Shown here: positions 59,050-64,000 of the stretch, in pieces
Layout of the letters: each line of letters opens with the position of its first letter
How positions within the stretch are numbered: position 1 is the first letter of the stretch
Source of the DNA: Candidatus Latescibacterota bacterium
Lineage (GTDB): Bacteria > Latescibacterota > UBA2968 > UBA8231
Length of the DNA: 64,000 nucleotides
Assembly: GCA_965197905.1 (NCBI GenBank)
Contig: CBDAOB010000005.1
Location: forward strand, 2,400,001 to 2,464,000
Direction of reading: 5' to 3'
Notes under the pieces: model-generated
Told to the model about the DNA's origin: nothing
The model's database searches: none
Seen by the model: the letters and a program-made list of their open reading frames with translations, nothing else
Program-made: the position numbers and the translations under genes

Positions 59050-62000
59050 TCACGTGGCAACTCCGACAGTCGTGTCGAGCATTTCCTGCCCTTGTCCTTC
59101 GTAGTTTTCCTTGGCCTCCGCATCGACGGTACGCCAGATAAGAAACTGTTTTCTAATCACGTTCATGAATCTCTGGTTTACCCGACGCCATGATGCGTCC
59201 TCCCCGCTCAGGCGCCGGATTTGCAGGGTGACCGTATAGATGTTGTGTAGGTCTTCGGGTGCTGCCTTGAATTTTACGTTTTGGCTCACCCCCAAATCGA
59301 ACGGAGCCAGCCATATATTCATGTCGATGAGATATCCGTCGCCGTTCGGCGTGGAAAAACGAGATAGCTTGGCGCCATCCGTATAGAAGGTGCCAATCGA
59401 CTCTTCGCTGTAGGAATCAAAGTACCCTATGAGAAAGACGCTGAGACCGAGAACCTCGTGGCCACTCACCGTGAAGGGGAAATCGAAGTTCCACTCATCG
59501 CCGTCTGGGGGCGGAAGCTTCCATTTGCGGGTGACGTCCGGCACCGCCATCTGTGAGGCCTTGCGCGCCGGATAGATCGTCGAAAGCATAACCACCGCCA
59601 TCACCAGCATACACGACATGACGGCCGAGAGCGAGGAGTAGTTCAGAGTGAGTCCGGACACCAGGTCGAGGGTGATCAGTACCTTGCCTACGAGTTGACC
59701 GACCAGATAACCGGCCACCACCCCAAGAACCGAATAAACACACGACTCGGCGATGAAGAGCCAGGCGATGTGTCCCGGAGCGAGCCCGACGGACGAATAG
59801 ATGCTGATCTCCCGGAACCGTTCGTAGACCGACCCCATCATGGTATTCAGAACGATAAGGGAGGCGATCAGAATCGGGATGAAGAGGTTGGCCAGACCGG
59901 AAAAGGAAGTGAGGCCCAGGGAGCTGTAGATGGAGACCTTTATGAAATCATTGTCTCCCTCTCGAATGCCGGCAAAAAGGGTGACGGCCAACCGCGAAAG
60001 GAACTCCTTGATCTCGACCACCACATCGACCCCGTCCTTGAATCGCACGCCAACCGACTGCAAGGGGTTCCCGCTACCCACGTTGCGCAGGGTGCGATGC
60101 GGAATGATGATGATGTTGGCAGGTTCCAGATGGACGAACGGTTTCACGACGACCTTGGCGTCTTCCAGTCCCTGTTTCTCCCGCTCCTCTTCCTCTGCCA
60201 TCTCCTCGACCGCCTGGCCTCCGGTTACGGCGAAGTCGGCGGGGGTCATCACCTCGTCATCCAGGTCTTTGAGCTCCTTCATCTTCTTGGAGTCGATGAC
60301 GCCGATCACCGTGAACTGCTCACCAAAGACTCGAATCTGGGTTTTTCCGACGGTGGCTATGTCGATATTGAGGTTGTCGACACCCAGCATATCATTCGGA
60401 AGGATGCAGACCTTTTCGTCCCCTTCCTCGAACCACCTGCCGGCGACCAGGGCCTGATTCAGTCCGGTGACGTTCCTCTCCTGCGGCGTCAGCCCCAAAA
60501 CCCCCAGGGCGTTATGGGAGTGAGGACCGTTCTTGAGCTTGATGTGCGCCTTCTCGTCGTTCTTATACCAGGACCGGGGCGCGACGGTTGCCAGCGCCTC
60601 GAAGTTGCTAGCGGCGTAGTCCAGCACCGACTCCTCCAGCGGTATCCACGCCTTGCTACGGATGAGGATGCCCTCGTAGAGCCCTTCGTTGTCGCGCTCA
60701 ATCTGGTTGAATCGCAGACTGGTCTGAATCGAGGTGAAGGACAAAACGGTAAAGGTCAGCAGCAGCAGCGTTAGAAATGTCAAGACGGTGCGGGTCTTGC
60801 GGCGTTTCATGTTGGAGATGCCCAACGCAAACGCGGTCATCGAGGCGCTGGAACGGCTGACGTCGGTATCGTGGATAACCGCTACCTCGGTTCGCAGTCG
60901 TTTCATCTGATCGTTGAAGCGACCCGATATGATAAACATCACCAGAATCGCCAGAGTCATGATCACAAACGCCAACAGAATTACAAACGGATTGGAGAGC
61001 TGAAAGGCTGGGTGCACGAGCGAGAGCACGGCCCAGATAGCGGCGAAGATCGACACAAAACCGATGATCTGGTTGCGAATGGTAGCCGCGGAAATGATCA
61101 GGCGCTCGGTGAAAAAGGCGCAGGGAAGCACCAACGCCATGAAAAAGATGATGCCGCGGACAACGTCGTCCTGCGTCGCTCGCACGTCGGGATAAGCGCG
61201 GGACTCGAGTCCGATAGCTGCTCTGGTGTGCCGCACGAATTCGCCCCAGCGCAGATCTTCGAGAGCGACGGCGGCGGAGTCGAATTCCGCCTTGGAACGG
61301 TTGTGCAGATTCTCGAGACGCTGATTCCGGATTCCAAAACTCTTGAGCTCACGCATGCGCGCCTCGTCCAGCGTCCACATATCCTTGGAGGCCTGAAAGG
61401 TGGTGCGTGCAAAGGAGGTCGCGCGGTTGATTTCGAATCCCTCGCCCTGGGCTTTCTCCTTGTCGGTAACGCTGGTCGAGTTGAGCAATAGATAGCGGAA
61501 CCCTGAAAGTCCCGCGCCGAACCCCATCTTTAGATTGGCCCCTGGTCGGGCGAAGAGCACCCCCACTGGCTCGTCTTTGGACGAAGGTCCCTCGCCAATG
61601 GTATATCCATATTCCACCGGCCAGCTGTTGCCTTCGTCGAAAACGCTCACTTCTGAGAGTTTGGTGAGGTAGCGGGGATCCACGATGTCGAAATAGTTAT
61701 AGGCGACGCAGGGGAAGAGGATCACCATCCACTCTTTGTCCCGCCAATCCATCTCAATCAACATCGGATAGGTCCAGTCTCCCTGAATACCGCGATCGGG
61801 AGCATAGGTAATCTGCCCACTGATGGGATCGGTGTAGTACCCTTCGATCTGAAGCTTCTTAACCCGGATTCGGTTCAGATAAAACATGCCAGTGTTGTCC
61901 ACCACTTCGAAATACTCACCCCGCACCCCTTTGTACGACTTGTTCTTGCCGTTGCGGACGGCGGCCACGGCGCCAGTCCGCGGAAGATCGGGCACGATGC

Positions 62001-63816
62001 TGCGGCGGGGAAACACCATGGTTCGTCCGCGGAGGGTCCGCAGATTGTCCTTCAAGCGCATCTTGAAATCTGGGAAAAGCTCCGGATCCTCGAACGCCAT
62101 GTGAAACATTCCCGCCAGCACGCGGATCTGTTTCGCCAGATTTCCCGCGTTTGACTTCTCCGGCTTGTCCAGCGGCGTGTCCACCAGGAAACGGGCGTCA
62201 TTGACGGTCACGAAAGCGAGTGCCGGCGTTCCCGCATCGAGAACCAATTCGCTGTTGACCGATATCTCACCGGGTACGAAGGTCTCCCAGCTCATACCAC
62301 CTTCGGGACTGATCCCGTTGACCAGCGCGTCCTTGTAGTCGTAACCGAGCTCCCGGCTGATCCTCCGCGCGTAGTTCATGAAATGTTTTCCGAAAGGCGC
62401 GAAGTACCGTTTGTAATAGAAACTCGTGTTGCTGTTCCACACTCCCAGCTCGTCCGTCCCCATCGACAGATCCAGACTCACAAAGAGCTTGACAGCAACG
62501 GTGTCCACTTTCGGATCGACCCATTCGCGGTAGAACTCGAGGCGCAGATCTTCGTCGTCTACCAACTCTGCAAGCATCTCGCCCCGATCGTCGAACTCTT
62601 CGTCGCCAAAGCTCAACTGGGCTCCGCTCGAACGCACCAGACCTTCGTCGATCGCGTCATCGAGAATCCGGCTGACCAGCAATGTGTCCTGCTCGGCCAA
62701 GTGGCGAACCAGCGCCTCGCGCCCCACCAACTCGTCGTGCCCCAACCGGTAGCGAACCCCTTCTTGTTCGATAAGACCGCGCGCCAAAGAGGCCTCGATG
62801 ACGCGCCGGACAACCATGTGCCCTACGAACGGATCCTCCTTGCGCAGATATCGCTGGATAAAGTCATCGACGCCGCGCAAGGCCTGGTGGTGGGCGGAGG
62901 TCGCGAGAAAAACGATGGTACGAGCCGGCGGATGGCGCTGGAAGTAGTGTGCAAGCTCGATGAGCGCGACAATGCCGGCTGCCTGTTCGGCACCCGGGGC
63001 GAGCGCCGGCACGACCGACATGGCGTCGTAGAACGACTCGATGACGACAACGTCGTCCCGCAACAGCGGATCATACCCCGGAACGGTCCCGAGAATATTC
63101 CACGCCGGACGTCGCTCCCAATCCATTTTATAATCGAGGTTTATGTCGGTGGGGCCTTCTCGAGCGATGATGTCACGCAGCCGATTGCCATTCTCCTTGT
63201 CAATCCAGAACCGTGGAACATCCAGAGGCATGGTGAGAAATTTCTTTTCGCCCTCCAGATATACCGTAGAGTCGGGCTCGATGAATATGACCGCCGTGGC
63301 TCCCAGATATGCGGCGTTCAGCCAGTTGTCACCGGAGTTGAAATCCATGAGGGCAAACGCACCGGAAATAATGGTGCCGTCCATGTCTCGGTACTCACCG
63401 CCCCCGGTATCGACCAGCCTACCGGTGACGCCCCCGTCGGGAAGAGACGATGTTTTGACGAGATTAGGCCAGATTCCGTGAAGCGGTACAGGCTCTCCAG
63501 CCGCAGCCAGCCGCAGCGAGCCGTGCTTCTCTACGGGTACAGAAACGTCGAATTCGTGGACCGTGATGTCGTGCAGACCGGCATCGCGGAAATCTTGCTG
63601 AATGAAGCGGGCCGCGTCTTCGGCGCCAGGATAACCCGCAACGCGCGACTTCGCTGCACTGAAACGCGCCACCAGCTCTTGCACGCGCTGATCGGGAGCG
63701 GTGTTGCGGAGATCGTCAACGTTGAGGCCCGTTGCCCCTGCTTCGCCCACAAACAGCGCGCACAACACCACCAGGGCGTGCACGGGGGCAATCCTGCTGA
63801 ATTCGGAAAACCTCAT
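59050..63816 (-). CDS. Giant PA + M28-like (degenerate) + FtsX/MacB-type permease fusion
   Basis: Start at ATG 63816 (ATGA overlap), signal peptide, SRVAGYPG, PA domain, WNILGTVPG..VVVIESFYD, NMKRRKTRTVLT, VYERFREISIYSSVGL FtsX motif. Confidence 0.8.
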   Translation of the reverse strand: MRFSEFSRIAPVHALVVLCALFVGEAGATGLNVDDLRNTAPDQRVQELVARFSAAKSRVAGYPGAEDAARFIQQDFRDAGLHDITVHEFDVSVPVEKHGSLRLAAAGEPVPLHGIWPNLVKTSSLPDGGVTGRLVDTGGGEYRDMDGTIISGAFALMDFNSGDNWLNAAYLGATAVIFIEPDSTVYLEGEKKFLTMPLDVPRFWIDKENGNRLRDIIAREGPTDINLDYKMDWERRPAWNILGTVPGYDPLLRDDVVVIESFYDAMSVVPALAPGAEQAAGIVALIELAHYFQRHPPARTIVFLATSAHHQALRGVDDFIQRYLRKEDPFVGHMVVRRVIEASLARGLIEQEGVRYRLGHDELVGREALVRHLAEQDTLLVSRILDDAIDEGLVRSSGAQLSFGDEEFDDRGEMLAELVDDEDLRLEFYREWVDPKVDTVAVKLFVSLDLSMGTDELGVWNSNTSFYYKRYFAPFGKHFMNYARRISRELGYDYKDALVNGISPEGGMSWETFVPGEISVNSELVLDAGTPALAFVTVNDARFLVDTPLDKPEKSNAGNLAKQIRVLAGMFHMAFEDPELFPDFKMRLKDNLRTLRGRTMVFPRRSIVPDLPRTGAVAAVRNGKNKSYKGVRGEYFEVVDNTGMFYLNRIRVKKLQIEGYYTDPISGQITYAPDRGIQGDWTYPMLIEMDWRDKEWMVILFPCVAYNYFDIVDPRYLTKLSEVSVFDEGNSWPVEYGYTIGEGPSSKDEPVGVLFARPGANLKMGFGAGLSGFRYLLLNSTSVTDKEKAQGEGFEINRATSFARTTFQASKDMWTLDEARMRELKSFGIRNQRLENLHNRSKAEFDSAAVALEDLRWGEFVRHTRAAIGLESRAYPDVRATQDDVVRGIIFFMALVLPCAFFTERLIISAATIRNQIIGFVSIFAAIWAVLSLVHPAFQLSNPFVILLAFVIMTLAILVMFIISGRFNDQMKRLRTEVAVIHDTDVSRSSASMTAFALGISNMKRRKTRTVLTFLTLLLLTFTVLSFTSIQTSLRFNQIERDNEGLYEGILIRSKAWIPLEESVLDYAASNFEALATVAPRSWYKNDEKAHIKLKNGPHSHNALGVLGLTPQERNVTGLNQALVAGRWFEEGDEKVCILPNDMLGVDNLNIDIATVGKTQIRVFGEQFTVIGVIDSKKMKELKDLDDEVMTPADFAVTGGQAVEEMAEEEEREKQGLEDAKVVVKPFVHLEPANIIIIPHRTLRNVGSGNPLQSVGVRFKDGVDVVVEIKEFLSRLAVTLFAGIREGDNDFIKVSIYSSLGLTSFSGLANLFIPILIASLIVLNTMMGSVYERFREISIYSSVGLAPGHIAWLFIAESCVYSVLGVVAGYLVGQLVGKVLITLDLVSGLTLNYSSLSAVMSCMLVMAVVMLSTIYPARKASQMAVPDVTRKWKLPPPDGDEWNFDFPFTVSGHEVLGLSVFLIGYFDSYSEESIGTFYTDGAKLSRFSTPNGDGYLIDMNIWLAPFDLGVSQNVKFKAAPEDLHNIYTVTLQIRRLSGEDASWRRVNQRFMNVIRKQFLIWRTVDAEAKENYEGQGQEMLDTTVGVAT

Positions 63817-64000
63817 ATCCAATACACCACGTTGTCCGTCATGCCAGTGCAAAAATCGATCGCAAGCCAGGCGCCAGCCGCGGCGAACTGGCCGGCAATC
63901 AAACCCAAAAAAAACGGGCGCGTCGCCCGGAAAATTCGCGGCCCGCCGTACTTTAATACAACGATCTTGATGCTCCATGCCACGAAGATGCTGAACCAAA
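63813..64000 (-). CDS. C-terminus of a DUF6784/DUF6785-type membrane protein (starts outside the window)
   Basis: Not in the ORF track. Frame from 63998 reads WFSIFVAWSIKIVVLKYGGPRIFRATRPFFLGLIAGQFAAAGAWLAIDFCTGMTDNVVYWI*, and its stop overlaps the next ATG. Confidence 0.75.
   Translation of the reverse strand, partial: WFSIFVAWSIKIVVLKYGGPRIFRATRPFFLGLIAGQFAAAGAWLAIDFCTGMTDNVVYWI

Noticed and set aside
63907..63929. Terminator-like hairpin + T8 upstream of the FtsX giant gene
   Set aside because: It lies inside the DUF6784-type coding frame (RATRPFFLG).
63817..63999. N-terminal 61 aa of the 1649-aa ORF
   Set aside because: Off-frame overlap with the upstream gene's C-terminus; the signal peptide begins at ATG 63816.

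Overview
Chromosomal window from a GC-rich, diderm, flagellated bacterium. The gene content suggests an uncultured lineage such as Ca. Latescibacterota, but this is inference only. No CRISPR array, prophage or transposase was seen. Housekeeping genes (metG partial, uvrA-like, PBP1A, rlmN, larC, recD2, dppA/B/C, flagellin, tRNA-Gly(GCC)) surround two accessory systems. (1) 5.4-23.6 kb: a divergent, probably TetR-controlled lipid locus. It has a PlsA/PlsR (Ger)-like ester-reducing enzyme pair, two cytidylyltransferase plus CDP-alcohol phosphotransferase pairs, a flippase-like protein, TolC, an MlaC-DUF3047 fusion, MlaC and an MMPL transporter. It is a candidate for ether/plasmalogen lipid synthesis, head-group attachment and export. 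(2) 55.2-64 kb: an uncharacterised, tightly packed operon of a DUF6784-type membrane protein, a giant PA/M28 pseudo-peptidase-FtsX fusion, an OPT-like transporter with a permuted Fn3-like insert, a hypothetical protein and a PqqD/RRE protein. Smaller observations: a perfect 20-bp palindrome over a -10 box, two MITE-like elements, a sigma28 promoter and CsrA-type SD hairpin before flagellin, and a TPR gene split by a 1-nt frameshift. All family calls come from reading motifs by eye, not from database searches.
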